Shown: positions 9,242 to 19,720, numbered from the stretch's first letter. The stretch: DNA of 64,000 nucleotides from Candidatus Vogelbacteria bacterium (GCA_021414225.1 JAIOOX010000002.1:161118-225117); one strand, 5' to 3'. Notes: a model not told the origin generated them from the sequence alone. Numbers and translations: made by a program.

Positions 9242-10483
9242 ATGTCGATTTTCTCTCTCTGGGACACCTACCTAGATTTGTTGCCTAAAATTCTGCCATT
9301 TTTCTATTATTTATCACCACTGATTTCTTGTCTGATTATTTGGCGGTTGTATCTCTACTATATTCGTTATGGGTTTGTAAAAAAGATGGATTGGGTGTTA
9401 TTGGAAATAAAAATGCCTAAAGAAATATCCAAAACACCGTCTGGTATGGAGATTATTTTCTCCAACTTGCATCAAACTGGTGGTGGTAGTCTGATTGATA
9501 AATTTATCAAAGGCAAGGTCCGCTCCTGGTTTTCTTTAGAGATGTGTTCTTTTGGTGGAGATGTTAAATTCTTTGTTCGGTTAGAAAAAAAGTTTCGTGA
9601 CCTATTTGAAGCAGCTGCCTATTCTCAATATCCAGAGATTGAAATTCACGAGGCGGAAGATTATGTCCACAAAATACCTTATGGGGTTGTGGAAGCTAAG
9701 TGGGATATGTGGGGAGCCGTACTAAAATTTACTAAAGCTGATCCTTATCCAATTAAGACTTATATTGATTATGGTTTAGATAAAAAAGAAAAGGACGCCT
9801 TGGTGAGTGTTGACCCTCTAACTCCAATTATTGAATTTTTAGGTTCAGTCAAACCAGGTGAACAAGTTTGGGTTCAGATACCGATTATGGCTGCTCGTGA
9901 TTTAAAACAAAAACCAGGCGGTAAATGGTATGAGAAAGAAGGTTGGAAAAAAGAAGGAGAAGCCCTTGTTAACGATATTATGAAGCGTGACGCCAAAACG
10001 AAAGCCTCAAAACAGTTATCAGCTACTGGTTTTCCAATTATCCCGTCTTTATCTAAAGGAGAACAGGATGTAATTGAAGCGATTGAGCGCAGTATCTCTA
10101 AGCTTGGTTTTGAAGCTGGTATTAGGATGATTTATTTTGCTCCAGAAGGTAAAATTAATAACAACTACAAGGGAGCGATTTTGAGTATGTTTAAACAATT
10201 TAACTCCCAGAATCTGAATGGTTTTGATCGGGAATTTGATACCAGCTTTGATTATCCTTGGCAGGATTTTATGGGTCTACGTTTAGCTAAAATGAAGGCC
10301 GACTTATTTAACTCTTATCGGTTACGGAGTCTGTTTTGGATGCCTTATCCTAGTAAAACTTTTGTTTTAAACACTGAAGAATTAGCTACTCTATTTCATT
10401 TTCCGGGGGCTATTTCTCAAACTCCAACCTTTGGTCGGATTATGTCTAAGCGAGCGGAACCACCACCAAACTTACCAGTATAA
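9242..10483 (+). CDS. membrane-anchored hypothetical protein
   Basis: Two N-terminal TM helices. A TGTGTATAAT-type -10 ends next to the ATG (leaderless). No family recognised. Confidence 0.5.
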   Translation: MSIFSLWDTYLDLLPKILPFFYYLSPLISCLIIWRLYLYYIRYGFVKKMDWVLLEIKMPKEISKTPSGMEIIFSNLHQTGGGSLIDKFIKGKVRSWFSLEMCSFGGDVKFFVRLEKKFRDLFEAAAYSQYPEIEIHEAEDYVHKIPYGVVEAKWDMWGAVLKFTKADPYPIKTYIDYGLDKKEKDALVSVDPLTPIIEFLGSVKPGEQVWVQIPIMAARDLKQKPGGKWYEKEGWKKEGEALVNDIMKRDAKTKASKQLSATGFPIIPSLSKGEQDVIEAIERSISKLGFEAGIRMIYFAPEGKINNNYKGAILSMFKQFNSQNLNGFDREFDTSFDYPWQDFMGLRLAKMKADLFNSYRLRSLFWMPYPSKTFVLNTEELATLFHFPGAISQTPTFGRIMSKRAEPPPNLPV

Positions 10484-10488
10484 TCATC

Positions 10489-11526
10489 ATGGAGTCACCT
10501 TTACCTGTGGGTAGTATTATTCCCGAATCACCTGAGACTGGTTTAAATGAAGAACCAGCTTTTTTAGCTTGGATTCCAAGATGGATTCATATTCTAACTG
10601 GAGTGGTGGTGGCCAGTACTCTTTTGTCTGGTGTCATTTACTATGTTTTGCTATCTCCTCCAGAAGATTTTGAAACTGGTGGTTATGTTCGGATTGCTAA
10701 AGGTTCTACTATTCCAGACACTGCTCAATATCTTTTCGATCGATCTTTTATTCGGTCAAGGACGGTTTTTAAGATTTTAATGCGCTCGCCGTTGGCTGAT
10801 AATAAAATGGTGGCTGGTGATTATTTGTTTGATAAACCACTCTCTACTATTAGTATTACCAAACGTTTAGCCAATGGTGATTTTAATTTAAAACAGTTTA
10901 AGGTCACTATCCCAGAAGGGGTAACTGTTAAAGTGATTGCTGATATTTTAGCTGATAATGTTTCTAACTTTAATAAAACAGTATTTTATAACCTAGCCTC
11001 ATCATCTGAAGGTTATTTGTTTCCAGATACTTATTTCATCTCTCCTTTAGCTAATGAGAGTGAGATTATGCAGATGATGAGGAGTAATTTTTTCAGTAAG
11101 ACAACATCACTACGACCTACTATTTTACTGTCAGCTCGAGGCGAAAAAGAAATAATCACCATGGCTTCTTTGGTTGAATTGGAAGCCTCTAAATTTGAAG
11201 ATCAAAAAATGGTAGCTGGTATTTTGTGGAATCGGTTTGATATTGGTATGCGGTTACAAGTAGACGCTGTTTTTCCTTATATTATTGGCAAAAATACTTT
11301 TCAAGTAACCACCAAGGACCTCCAATTTGATTCTCCTTACAACACTTACAAATACAAAGGTTTACCACCGGGGCCAATTGGTAATCCTGGTCTACAATCT
11401 ATCAAGGCGGTGTTGAATCCTACCCCATCTGATTATATTTATTACCTCTCTGATCTAGAAGGAAATTTTCATTATGCGAAAACCCACGAAGAACACGTAA
11501 AAAACAAAGCAAAGTATTTACGTTAG
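10489..11526 (+). CDS. mltG: endolytic murein transglycosylase MltG (YceG family)
   Basis: N-terminal TM. Hallmark SPYNTYKYKGLPPGPIGNPG and ...NFHYAKTHEEH. Confidence 0.85.
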   Translation: MESPLPVGSIIPESPETGLNEEPAFLAWIPRWIHILTGVVVASTLLSGVIYYVLLSPPEDFETGGYVRIAKGSTIPDTAQYLFDRSFIRSRTVFKILMRSPLADNKMVAGDYLFDKPLSTISITKRLANGDFNLKQFKVTIPEGVTVKVIADILADNVSNFNKTVFYNLASSSEGYLFPDTYFISPLANESEIMQMMRSNFFSKTTSLRPTILLSARGEKEIITMASLVELEASKFEDQKMVAGILWNRFDIGMRLQVDAVFPYIIGKNTFQVTTKDLQFDSPYNTYKYKGLPPGPIGNPGLQSIKAVLNPTPSDYIYYLSDLEGNFHYAKTHEEHVKNKAKYLR

Positions 11527-11594
11527 TTTGGTCTCAAGATGACTTTTTGTTATGATAAGCAAGTTATTTTTTTAAATTTTTATTTTTAATCTAG

Positions 11595-12146
11595 ATGAAA
11601 AAACACAATTTAGCTTTTGTTGATGTGGAAACGACCGGAACCGATCCATTTAAGCATGAAATAATTGAAATCGCCGGCATTATTGCTCGCCAAGTACCAC
11701 AACCAGACCGTGGGGCCAAACTAGAAATAATCGAGGAGTTTGAATTTAAAATAAAACCAGAACATCTCGAGGTGGCTGAACCTCAGGCTTTGCGGATTAA
11801 TGGTTATACGGACGCTGATTGGTTATTTGCACCGAGCTTGAAAGAAGTGATGACCGCCTTATCTCCTAAACTAAAAGATACTGTTATAGTTGGTCAAAAT
11901 GTAAATTTCGACTGGAACTTTGTTAACCAAGGCTTTCTAAAATCAGATTTACCGAACCCGATGCATTATCATAAAATCGATATCATGCCGATTTTCTTCG
12001 CTCGGACTTACCATGATCCTAAAGTGCAATGGTTTAATCTGGGCTCAATTACCGAATATTTTGGCCTCAAAAATGACAAAGCTCATACCGCTTTAGCTGA
12101 TATTAGAGTCACTTACGAAATTTATAAAAAGCTTTTAAATGTCTAG
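11595..12146 (+). CDS. DEDDh 3'-5' exonuclease (DnaQ/epsilon-like)
   Basis: FVDVETTGTDP Exo I motif, HEIIEIAGI, C-terminal H...ALADIR Exo III. Confidence 0.8.
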   Translation: MKKHNLAFVDVETTGTDPFKHEIIEIAGIIARQVPQPDRGAKLEIIEEFEFKIKPEHLEVAEPQALRINGYTDADWLFAPSLKEVMTALSPKLKDTVIVGQNVNFDWNFVNQGFLKSDLPNPMHYHKIDIMPIFFARTYHDPKVQWFNLGSITEYFGLKNDKAHTALADIRVTYEIYKKLLNV

Positions 12147-12179
12147 TCAGTTTACTTTTGGTGGGTTAGTATAGCCAAC

Positions 12180-13256
12180 ATGTCCCAAAAAGTCTTTATT
12201 GGACTAAGTGGAGGAGTAGACTCCTCGGTTTCAGCTTGCCTTCTAAAACAAGCTGGTTTTGATGTGGTAGGGGTCTTTATTAAAGTTTGGGAACCACCAG
12301 CTGAATTGTTGCCGGTTGGTTGTTCTTGGCGAGATGATAGGCGAGATGCGATGCGAGTCGCCGCCCTTTTAGATATTCCTTTTTTGTCTTTGGATTTAGA
12401 AACAGAATACAAGCAGGATGTGGTTGATTATATGATTGCTGAATATCAGGCCGGACGAACACCAAACCCTGATGTCATGTGTAATCGTCAAATTAAATTT
12501 GGTGCTTTTTATAATTGGGCTCGGGAGCAAGGGGCGGACTTTGTGGCCACTGGTCATTATGCTCAAGTGCAAAAAAATAAAGATAATATTTTTGAATTAC
12601 ACATGGGAGTTGATCAAAATAAGGATCAAAGTTATTTTTTATGGACTTTATCTCAAGCAGTTTTGTCTCACACCATGTTTCCGATTGGACACTTAGAAAA
12701 ACCAAAGGTGCGAGAATTAGCAGGAAAGTTTAAATTGCCAAACGCTGACAAAAAAGACAGTCAGGGTCTATGTTTCGTTGGCCAAATTGATGCCAAAGAA
12801 TTTTTACAAGAATTTATTGATCTTAAACCAGGACAGGTGGCTAACGAAGCTGGTGAAATAATTGGTACTCACGACGGAGTGATGTTTTATACCTTAGGTC
12901 AGCGCCAAGGATTTACGATTACCAAAAAAACTCCAAATGACGAACCTTATTTTGTGGTTGGCAAAAATGTAACAGAAAATATCCTGATTGTATCTCATCA
13001 GAAACTAAGCGGAGAGACAACTAATAATCAAGTGAGTTTGAAAGAAGTTAATTGGAACACTAACCAGGCTCCTGATATAGGAAAAACTTACCAAGTTCGT
13101 GGTCGCTATCGGCAAGCCCTTAAACCAGGTCATTTAAGTTCTCAAAATGACCTCTGGCAAGCTCGGGTTGATAATCTGGTTGAACCATTAACTCCTGGCC
13201 AGTCTTTGGTTGTCTATTCTGATACTCAATGCCTCGGTGGGGGGATTATTGACTGA
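12180..13256 (+). CDS. mnmA: tRNA-specific 2-thiouridylase MnmA
   Basis: IGLSGGVDSSV PP-loop, TPNPDVMCNRQIKFG, ATGHYAQV. Confidence 0.9.
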   Translation: MSQKVFIGLSGGVDSSVSACLLKQAGFDVVGVFIKVWEPPAELLPVGCSWRDDRRDAMRVAALLDIPFLSLDLETEYKQDVVDYMIAEYQAGRTPNPDVMCNRQIKFGAFYNWAREQGADFVATGHYAQVQKNKDNIFELHMGVDQNKDQSYFLWTLSQAVLSHTMFPIGHLEKPKVRELAGKFKLPNADKKDSQGLCFVGQIDAKEFLQEFIDLKPGQVANEAGEIIGTHDGVMFYTLGQRQGFTITKKTPNDEPYFVVGKNVTENILIVSHQKLSGETTNNQVSLKEVNWNTNQAPDIGKTYQVRGRYRQALKPGHLSSQNDLWQARVDNLVEPLTPGQSLVVYSDTQCLGGGIID

Positions 13257-13448
13257 TAAAATAATTTTGGGTAAGCTACTCGAGGAGGTTTTTATGGCCA
13301 ATAAGCTTAAAGACAAGAAATTTAAACAGCATAAACGGAAACAGAAGAAAGAGAGGAAAAAAAGAGAAGTAGACCGTCAGGACCGGGGTACCAAAAGGGA
13401 CCGTCGGTCCTTTTTGTTTTTTAGTCATATTTTTGTTAGGATTCCCAT

Positions 13449-15185
13449 ATGACTAGTAACGAAATACGCCAAAGATTTTTAGATTTTTTTGCCAGACGGG
13501 AACACGTCATTTTACCTTCAGCACCTCTAGTGCCAGAAAATGATCCGTCGGTTCTTTTTAATACAGCTGGGATGCAACCCCTAGTTCCTTATTTACTTGG
13601 CCAACCACACCCCCAGGGTGTTCGCCTGGTAAACGCTCAAAAATGTGTCAGGACTGTTGATATTGATGATATTGGTGATAATACTCATGCTACTTTTTTT
13701 GAGATGCTAGGTAACTGGTCATTAGGTGATTATTTTAAAGAAGAGGCAATCGAGTGGAGTTATAAGTTTTTGACCAATGAAGAAGAAGGTTTGGGTCTCG
13801 ATCCTAATCGTTTGTATGTCACAGTGTTTGAAGGTGATGATAATGCTCCGCGTGATCTTGAGGCGGTAGAGATTTGGAAAAAATATATTCCTGAAAACAG
13901 AATTTACTTTCTAGGCGTCAAGGATAACTGGTGGAGTCCTGGTGACAATGGTCCTTGTGGTCCGGATACTGAAATGTTTTACGATTTAACCCCCGAAGGA
14001 CTAGGGGATTTAACTCATGAGCAATTTGTTGAGGCTAATGATACTCAAAAAGTGGTGGAGATCTGGAATAACGTTTTCATGGAATATGAGAAAAAAGAGG
14101 GGAAAGTGATAGGTAAGTTAGCTAAGAAAAACGTTGATACTGGTTCTGGTTTGGAGCGAATTACAGCTGTAGTTCAAGGTAAAAATAATATTTTTGATAT
14201 TGATGTGTTTGAGCCAATCTTTGCCAAGATTCATGAATTAAGTAATACCTCAAATACAACCGCTGAAAGAATTGTAGCCGACCACCTTAGGACAGCTGTT
14301 TTCTTGATCAGTGACGGTGTTTCGCCATCGAATACAGATCAGGGTTATATTTTGAGACGTTTAATTCGTCGGGCGGTTCGTTATGCTGATAGTTTAGGAA
14401 TTACAGGTAATTTGGTTGATATCGTAGAAGTGATTCAAGATAAATATAAAGATATTTATCCAAATGTAATTGAAGAAAAAATAAAAACTATTTTCCAGGA
14501 GGAAGAGGTCAAATTCAGATCCACCTTAGAAAAAGGATTAAAAGAATTCGACCGAGGTCTTGATCCATTCACTTTATTTACCTCTTATGGTTTCCCTTTT
14601 GAATTAACTAAAGAATTAGCTAAAGAAAAAGGAATTATTATTGATGAGGAAGCCTTTAAAACTCAAATGAAGGAGCATCAGGATTTGTCTCGAGCCGGAG
14701 CTGAGCAGAAATTCAAAGGGGGATTAGCTGATCATTCTGAACAAACTATCAAATATCACACCGCCACTCACCTTCTCAACCAGGCTTTGCACGATGTTTT
14801 GGGCGATCATGTTGATCAAAAGGGTAGTAATATCACCACCGAACGTTTACGTTTCGATTTTTCTCACACTGCCAAAATGACCCCCGAAGAAATCGCCCAA
14901 GTAGAACAGCTAGTTAATGACAAAATTAAAGCTGATTTACCAGTCCAGTCTGTGGTTCTACCAAAAGCCGAAGCCGAAAAAACAGGTGCTCGTCATGCTT
15001 TTGCTGATAAATATGGTGATGAAGTAAATATTTATTTTATTGGTGACACTCTTGAGTCAGCTTACTCCAAAGAATTTTGTGGCGGACCTCACGTTGAACA
15101 CACTGGCACCCTCGGTGTATTTAAAATTGTTAAAGAAGAAGCAGTAGCAGCTGGTATTCGTCGCATCAAAGCAGTTTTGCAGTAA
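13449..15185 (+). CDS. alaS: alanyl-tRNA synthetase, short form lacking the C-terminal C-Ala domain
   Basis: N-terminal FLDFFARREHVILPSAPLVPENDPSVLFNTAGM, editing-region HTATHLL and CGGPHVEHTG. The protein ends at 578 aa. Confidence 0.85.
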   Translation: MTSNEIRQRFLDFFARREHVILPSAPLVPENDPSVLFNTAGMQPLVPYLLGQPHPQGVRLVNAQKCVRTVDIDDIGDNTHATFFEMLGNWSLGDYFKEEAIEWSYKFLTNEEEGLGLDPNRLYVTVFEGDDNAPRDLEAVEIWKKYIPENRIYFLGVKDNWWSPGDNGPCGPDTEMFYDLTPEGLGDLTHEQFVEANDTQKVVEIWNNVFMEYEKKEGKVIGKLAKKNVDTGSGLERITAVVQGKNNIFDIDVFEPIFAKIHELSNTSNTTAERIVADHLRTAVFLISDGVSPSNTDQGYILRRLIRRAVRYADSLGITGNLVDIVEVIQDKYKDIYPNVIEEKIKTIFQEEEVKFRSTLEKGLKEFDRGLDPFTLFTSYGFPFELTKELAKEKGIIIDEEAFKTQMKEHQDLSRAGAEQKFKGGLADHSEQTIKYHTATHLLNQALHDVLGDHVDQKGSNITTERLRFDFSHTAKMTPEEIAQVEQLVNDKIKADLPVQSVVLPKAEAEKTGARHAFADKYGDEVNIYFIGDTLESAYSKEFCGGPHVEHTGTLGVFKIVKEEAVAAGIRRIKAVLQ

Positions 15186-15235
15186 TTCACTGTCTACTTT
15201 TTGTCACCTCGTGATATAATCCTTGATAAATAATC

Positions 15236-16417
15236 ATGGGTTTATTTCCTTTTACACGAAAAAATAATTATATTGGTATTTTAGATATCAGTGGTGATAA
15301 AGTTAGCGCTTCTTTGGTTTTTATTGGACCAAAAAATACTCTACCGTGCGTTCAGGTAAAATTTACTACTCACACACCGATTGTTTATGGCAATCCAGCC
15401 AGCCTCAAACGCTATTTAAAAAGTATCAGTGATGGAATAGATCAAGTATTAGCCAAAACTGTTAAAGACCAATCAATTATTCCTGATCGCTGGTTTTGTT
15501 TTTTGCCGTCTATTTTAACTAACAACAAAACCACTACTTTAACCTACGAGGATGAAAAAGAATTTATCGTAACGACTAAGATGGTTCAGGGAATGGTCTC
15601 CAAACAGGCAAAAGATTGGCTGGATAGCAACAATACTCTATACACTGACCTACCAACTGACCAAAATATTTTACTTGAGAGTCACATTTTAGAAATAAAA
15701 CTCAATGGTTATAAAGTTATAGATTACCCTAAAAAGAAAGCTACTAAATTAGAGCTAGAAGTCTATACTAGTGCCGGCTCTAAACAGATTTTAGATATGA
15801 TTAAAAACAAAATGGCCAACTATACTCACGGTCGGGATATTTTCTTGGCGACCAGTGTTCTCTCGCAGTATCAGACTTTGGCTGAAATTATGCCGGACGA
15901 AACAGATTATCTCTTAATTGATCCCAGTGGAGAGTTGTGTGATGTTTTATTCGTTTCGGGAGGGGTATTTAAAGACCACGTCTCATTTCCCCTAGGGAAA
16001 AACATCCTAACCCGTAGTAACCAGTTGGATGATGTTGGTTTTAATGATCGTTTTTCGACCTTACGTTTATACGCCGAAAATAAACTAACCAAAAGTGAAG
16101 TTGGCAAACTGGAACAGAAATTAAGTGAATTGGAAAAAAGTTGGCAGAAATTATTTAGTCACAGCTTAAAACACTTAGCAGAAAACGGTTTTATTCCTAA
16201 TAAGGTATTTATTTTAGCGGATGATCCAGTAGCTAAAATTTTTGCTATGTGGATAAATAAAATCGGGTTTGAAGAGTGCAATTTAGCTAGAAAACCTCTA
16301 ACCGCTAATTTATTAACCCCCGCCACCCTGGCTAATTTTTGTGACTTATCAGCCACCAAAAAAGAAGATCTGACTTTAGCCTTTGGGGCCTTGTTTGCTC
16401 GCCGTTTTGTCCAGTGA
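15236..16417 (+). CDS. hypothetical protein, possibly an actin-like (ASKHA) ATPase fold
   Basis: N-terminal IGILDISGDKVSASLV resembles an ASKHA phosphate-1 motif. TGATATAAT extended -10 at 15212-15220. Weak call. Confidence 0.4.
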   Translation: MGLFPFTRKNNYIGILDISGDKVSASLVFIGPKNTLPCVQVKFTTHTPIVYGNPASLKRYLKSISDGIDQVLAKTVKDQSIIPDRWFCFLPSILTNNKTTTLTYEDEKEFIVTTKMVQGMVSKQAKDWLDSNNTLYTDLPTDQNILLESHILEIKLNGYKVIDYPKKKATKLELEVYTSAGSKQILDMIKNKMANYTHGRDIFLATSVLSQYQTLAEIMPDETDYLLIDPSGELCDVLFVSGGVFKDHVSFPLGKNILTRSNQLDDVGFNDRFSTLRLYAENKLTKSEVGKLEQKLSELEKSWQKLFSHSLKHLAENGFIPNKVFILADDPVAKIFAMWINKIGFEECNLARKPLTANLLTPATLANFCDLSATKKEDLTLAFGALFARRFVQ

Positions 16418-16449
16418 TATACTTATTAGTATAAATTTCTTTATAAATT

Positions 16450-17736
16450 ATGGATGATATTAACAACAAAAGAAGTTTGCGTGAGGTTCTACCCAAACAT
16501 GGGCAAGAATCAGCTTCTTCTCACTTAGAAATTAAACCAATGTTTACTATTCCAGAACCTAATCCAATCACCAACAAAACTCCTAGACGAACAGGAGTAC
16601 CGGTTAAGAGTATGATTATCTCCTTAGCTCTTGTTTTGGTTGTAATTTTTGGAATTATCGTATCAACCACTTTTGCTAAAGCGGTTATTAATATCACTCC
16701 GCGTCAGGCAGATGTGGTTTTGGATGGCAGTACTGTTTTTCAAACAAAAAGTTTAGCGGCTGAAGATAGTGATTTGGTTTTCGGTACAGTAAATAAGGAT
16801 TTCGTAGAAACAAAACTTGTTCAAGCTACCGGTGAAAAAGATATCTCCGAAAAGGCTCAAGGTACTATTATTATCTACAACGCTTTTGATGATAAGCCAG
16901 CCAAGTTGGTAGCCACCACTAGATTCGAAACAGCTAATGGCAAAATTTATCGGATTAAAGACGCGGTAACTATTCCTGGTATGAAAGGAACCACACCTGG
17001 TTCTGTAGAAGCGGTTGTTTATGCTGACAAGGCGGGTAGTGAGTACAATATTGCCCTGTCTGACTTTACCGTTCCCGGCTTGAAGAGTGATGCGGCTCGT
17101 TTTAATAAAGTTTACGCTCGATCAAAAACACCAATGACTGGTGGTTTCGTTGGTAAAACCAAGATCATCTCTGAAGCTGATCGAAAAACAGCGGAAGCTG
17201 AATTGAAAGACGCTTTGACTAAAAAGTCTGGGTCAATTGCTTTAGATATACCTTCTGATCAGATCTTACTTCCTGATGGAAATCTGACTTCTTTTAGTCC
17301 TTTAAAGGTGGAGTCAGCAACATCTAGTAATCAGGCCTTATTATCTTTAAAAATGACCAACACCGGTATCTTACTTAAGAGGGCTGATTTGGCTAAATTT
17401 TTAGCGCAAAAATATGTCCCAGAATACAAGGGTGACCCTGTGGATATCGACGCCATAAATGACCTAACTTTCAAATTAGAGAACAAAACTCAACTCAATC
17501 CTACTAGCTTAAATACCATCTCTTTTACTATCACTGGCAAGGCTCGTTTAGTTTGGACTTTCGACGAAAATAATTTCAAAGAAAGTGTAAAAGGCCTTTC
17601 AAAATCAACATATTCTGAGAAGTTGGCTGGCTTCCCAGCAATTCAAAAATCTTCCATTTCTTTCCGTCCACCGTGGATATTTAGCATCCCGTCAGACATT
17701 AATAAGATTGAGATTAAGAAGGAGTTAGCTAAATAG
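16450..17736 (+). CDS. membrane-anchored hypothetical protein (single N-terminal TM, large extracytoplasmic part)
   Basis: TM at residues ~50-75. No family recognised. Confidence 0.5.
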   Translation: MDDINNKRSLREVLPKHGQESASSHLEIKPMFTIPEPNPITNKTPRRTGVPVKSMIISLALVLVVIFGIIVSTTFAKAVINITPRQADVVLDGSTVFQTKSLAAEDSDLVFGTVNKDFVETKLVQATGEKDISEKAQGTIIIYNAFDDKPAKLVATTRFETANGKIYRIKDAVTIPGMKGTTPGSVEAVVYADKAGSEYNIALSDFTVPGLKSDAARFNKVYARSKTPMTGGFVGKTKIISEADRKTAEAELKDALTKKSGSIALDIPSDQILLPDGNLTSFSPLKVESATSSNQALLSLKMTNTGILLKRADLAKFLAQKYVPEYKGDPVDIDAINDLTFKLENKTQLNPTSLNTISFTITGKARLVWTFDENNFKESVKGLSKSTYSEKLAGFPAIQKSSISFRPPWIFSIPSDINKIEIKKELAK

Positions 17737-17747
17737 CCATATTTTGC

Positions 17748-17777
17748 TTGACTTTTATAGGTTTAATTTGCTAATAT
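17748..17777 (+). promoter_or_regulatory. sigma-70-like promoter of the infA-ribosomal-protein block
   Basis: TTGACT, 18 nt, TAATAT, ending 18 nt before the infA ATG. Confidence 0.5.
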
Positions 17778-17794
17778 AGCCCGGGTACCAATCA

Positions 17795-18028
17795 ATGGAA
17801 GATAACAAAAATAAAACCTCGCCTGAGGGCGAGAATAGTGTTGTTTCTGGAGTGGTCACAGAGGCCTTACCTAATACTCATTTTCGAGTTCAAGTAGGTG
17901 ATCAAAACATCCTCACTTATTTAGCTGGTAAGATGCGGTTGCATCGAATCAGAGTTCTAGTGGGAGACAAAGTAGAAATTCTACTTGATCCTTATGGTGG
18001 TAAAGGCCGAATTATTAGGAGGCTATAA
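17795..18028 (+). CDS. infA: translation initiation factor IF-1
   Basis: S1-like fold: [56 protein letters not shown]. Confidence 0.9.
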   Translation: MEDNKNKTSPEGENSVVSGVVTEALPNTHFRVQVGDQNILTYLAGKMRLHRIRVLVGDKVEILLDPYGGKGRIIRRL

Positions 18029-18060
18029 AAAGTTTAAATTCGGGCTCCAATTTTATTTTC

Positions 18061-18177
18061 ATGAAAGTTAGGTCAACAATTAAAAAGCGCTGTCCGCAAT
18101 GTAAAATGGTCAAAAGACGTGGCCATCTTTACGTTATTTGTAAAAACAAACCGCGACATAAACAAAAACAAGCTTAA
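18061..18177 (+). CDS. rpmJ: 50S ribosomal protein L36
   Basis: Translated by hand: [38 protein letters not shown]. 38 aa, below the 60-aa cutoff of the ORF track. Confidence 0.85.
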   Translation: MKVRSTIKKRCPQCKMVKRRGHLYVICKNKPRHKQKQA

Positions 18178-18179
18178 AT

Positions 18180-18560
18180 ATGCGTATTGCTGGTATTACA
18201 CTTCCTAATAACAAACGTTTAGAGATTGCTTTAACAGCTGTCTATGGTATTGGTCGTCCTTTAGCTCAAAAGATTTTACAAGACAACAAGATTGATCTTG
18301 GTAAGAAACCTGAGGCTTTAACTCCTGATGAAGAAAATCTAATTCGTCGATCAGTTGAAGTATTAAAAATTGAAGGTGACTTGAAAAGAGAGGTGGCTGG
18401 CAATATCAAGCGTCTAAAAGATATCAAAGCTTACCGAGGTACTCGTCACTCTCGTGGCTTGCCTTCACGTGGTCAACGAACCAAAACCAACTCTAGAACT
18501 CGCCGTGGTAACGTTCGTAAGACGATGGGTTCTGGTAGAAAAGCCACTGATAAGAAATAG
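18180..18560 (+). CDS. rpsM: 30S ribosomal protein S13
   Basis: MRIAGITLPNNKRLEIALTAVYGIGRPLAQKIL. Confidence 0.95.
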   Translation: MRIAGITLPNNKRLEIALTAVYGIGRPLAQKILQDNKIDLGKKPEALTPDEENLIRRSVEVLKIEGDLKREVAGNIKRLKDIKAYRGTRHSRGLPSRGQRTKTNSRTRRGNVRKTMGSGRKATDKK

Positions 18561-18597
18561 TTCAACCAGCTCACTATAAATAACTTACATCAATAAC

Positions 18598-19023
18598 ATG
18601 GGAAAAAAACGAGTAATTAAAAAGGGAGGCCAAGACGACTTACGTAGTCGTGGAGCTGGTCGGGCCAACAAAAAGAAACTAGATCACGGTATCTTGTTTG
18701 TTAATGCTACCTACAACAACACTATGATGTCTGTAGCTGACGGTCGAGGTAATATCTTTCTAGCCTCCTCAGCTGGTGCGCTTGGTTTTTCTGGTTCTAA
18801 AAAGGGTACCCCTTATGCCGCTGGTAAAGTGGGTGAGTTTTTAGCAGAAAAAGCTGAAGCAATGGGTTTGAAAGAGATTGACGTGATAGTTAAAGGAGTT
18901 GGAGCTGGTCGAGAGTCTTCAATCCGAGCGTTTGTGGCTAGGGGAGTTAATATTAGTTCCATTAAGGACGCTACTCCAGTGCCCTTCAATGGCCCAAAAG
19001 CACCTAAGCCACGTCGCGTTTAA
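18598..19023 (+). CDS. rpsK: 30S ribosomal protein S11
   Basis: GILFVNATYNNTMMSVADGRGNIFLASSAGALGFSGSKKGTPYAA. Confidence 0.95.
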   Translation: MGKKRVIKKGGQDDLRSRGAGRANKKKLDHGILFVNATYNNTMMSVADGRGNIFLASSAGALGFSGSKKGTPYAAGKVGEFLAEKAEAMGLKEIDVIVKGVGAGRESSIRAFVARGVNISSIKDATPVPFNGPKAPKPRRV

Positions 19024-19061
19024 AATACCAAAGTTACTAATTTCAATAAACATTTAATACC

Positions 19062-19673
19062 ATGCGCGTAGGTCCAAAATACAAAATTGCTCGTCGACTA
19101 GGTGAAAGAGTTTTTCCAAAGACTCAGACCACTAAATTTACTGTTTCTGGTTCTGATAAAAAACCTAAAGGTAAACGAGGTCGCGGTTCAATGAGTGAAT
19201 ATGGTTCTCAATTGATTGAGAAACAAAAAGCTCGCTACACTTATGGTATTACAGAAAAACAGTTTTCTGGCTATATTAAAAAAGCTCGAATTAAGAAAGG
19301 TAACCCAGCTGATGAGATTTTCAAATCTTTAGAAACCAGATTGGATAATGTGGTTTTCCGCATGGGCTTAGCTAGTTCTCGTGCTGCTGCTCGTCAAATG
19401 GTCTCTCATGGCCATATTTTGCTCAACAACCGACGTTTGACTATCCCGTCAGCTATCGTCCGTATTGGAGATATTGTAACTGTTAGACCTCAAAGTAAAG
19501 ATAAACCACTATTTAACGAATTGGATGAAAGACTTAAGACTTACACCGTACCAACCTGGATTAGTTTTGATACAGATAAACGAGAAGCGACGATTAAAGC
19601 CTTACCAACAGTCAGTCAAGGTGAGATTAATCTGAATTTCGGTAAGATCTTGGAGTTCTATAGTCGGGTCTAA
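19062..19673 (+). CDS. rpsD: 30S ribosomal protein S4
   Basis: MRVGPKYKIARRLGERVF... RLDNVVFRMGLASSRAAARQMVSHGHILLNNRRLTIPS. Confidence 0.95.
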   Translation: MRVGPKYKIARRLGERVFPKTQTTKFTVSGSDKKPKGKRGRGSMSEYGSQLIEKQKARYTYGITEKQFSGYIKKARIKKGNPADEIFKSLETRLDNVVFRMGLASSRAAARQMVSHGHILLNNRRLTIPSAIVRIGDIVTVRPQSKDKPLFNELDERLKTYTVPTWISFDTDKREATIKALPTVSQGEINLNFGKILEFYSRV

Positions 19674-19720
19674 TTATTTTAAAAAGTCACCAAGCGTTAT
19701 TAGAGTTTAATTTTATAACC

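Noticed and set aside
13210-13452. 80-aa extremely basic ORF between mnmA and alaS
   Set aside because: It reads straight through a GGACC-GTC-GGTCC hairpin plus T-run (13396-13424) that looks like the mnmA terminator. The composition is low-complexity Lys/Arg. It is probably not a gene, though a 40-aa MANKLKDKK... peptide with an AGGAGG SD cannot be excluded.
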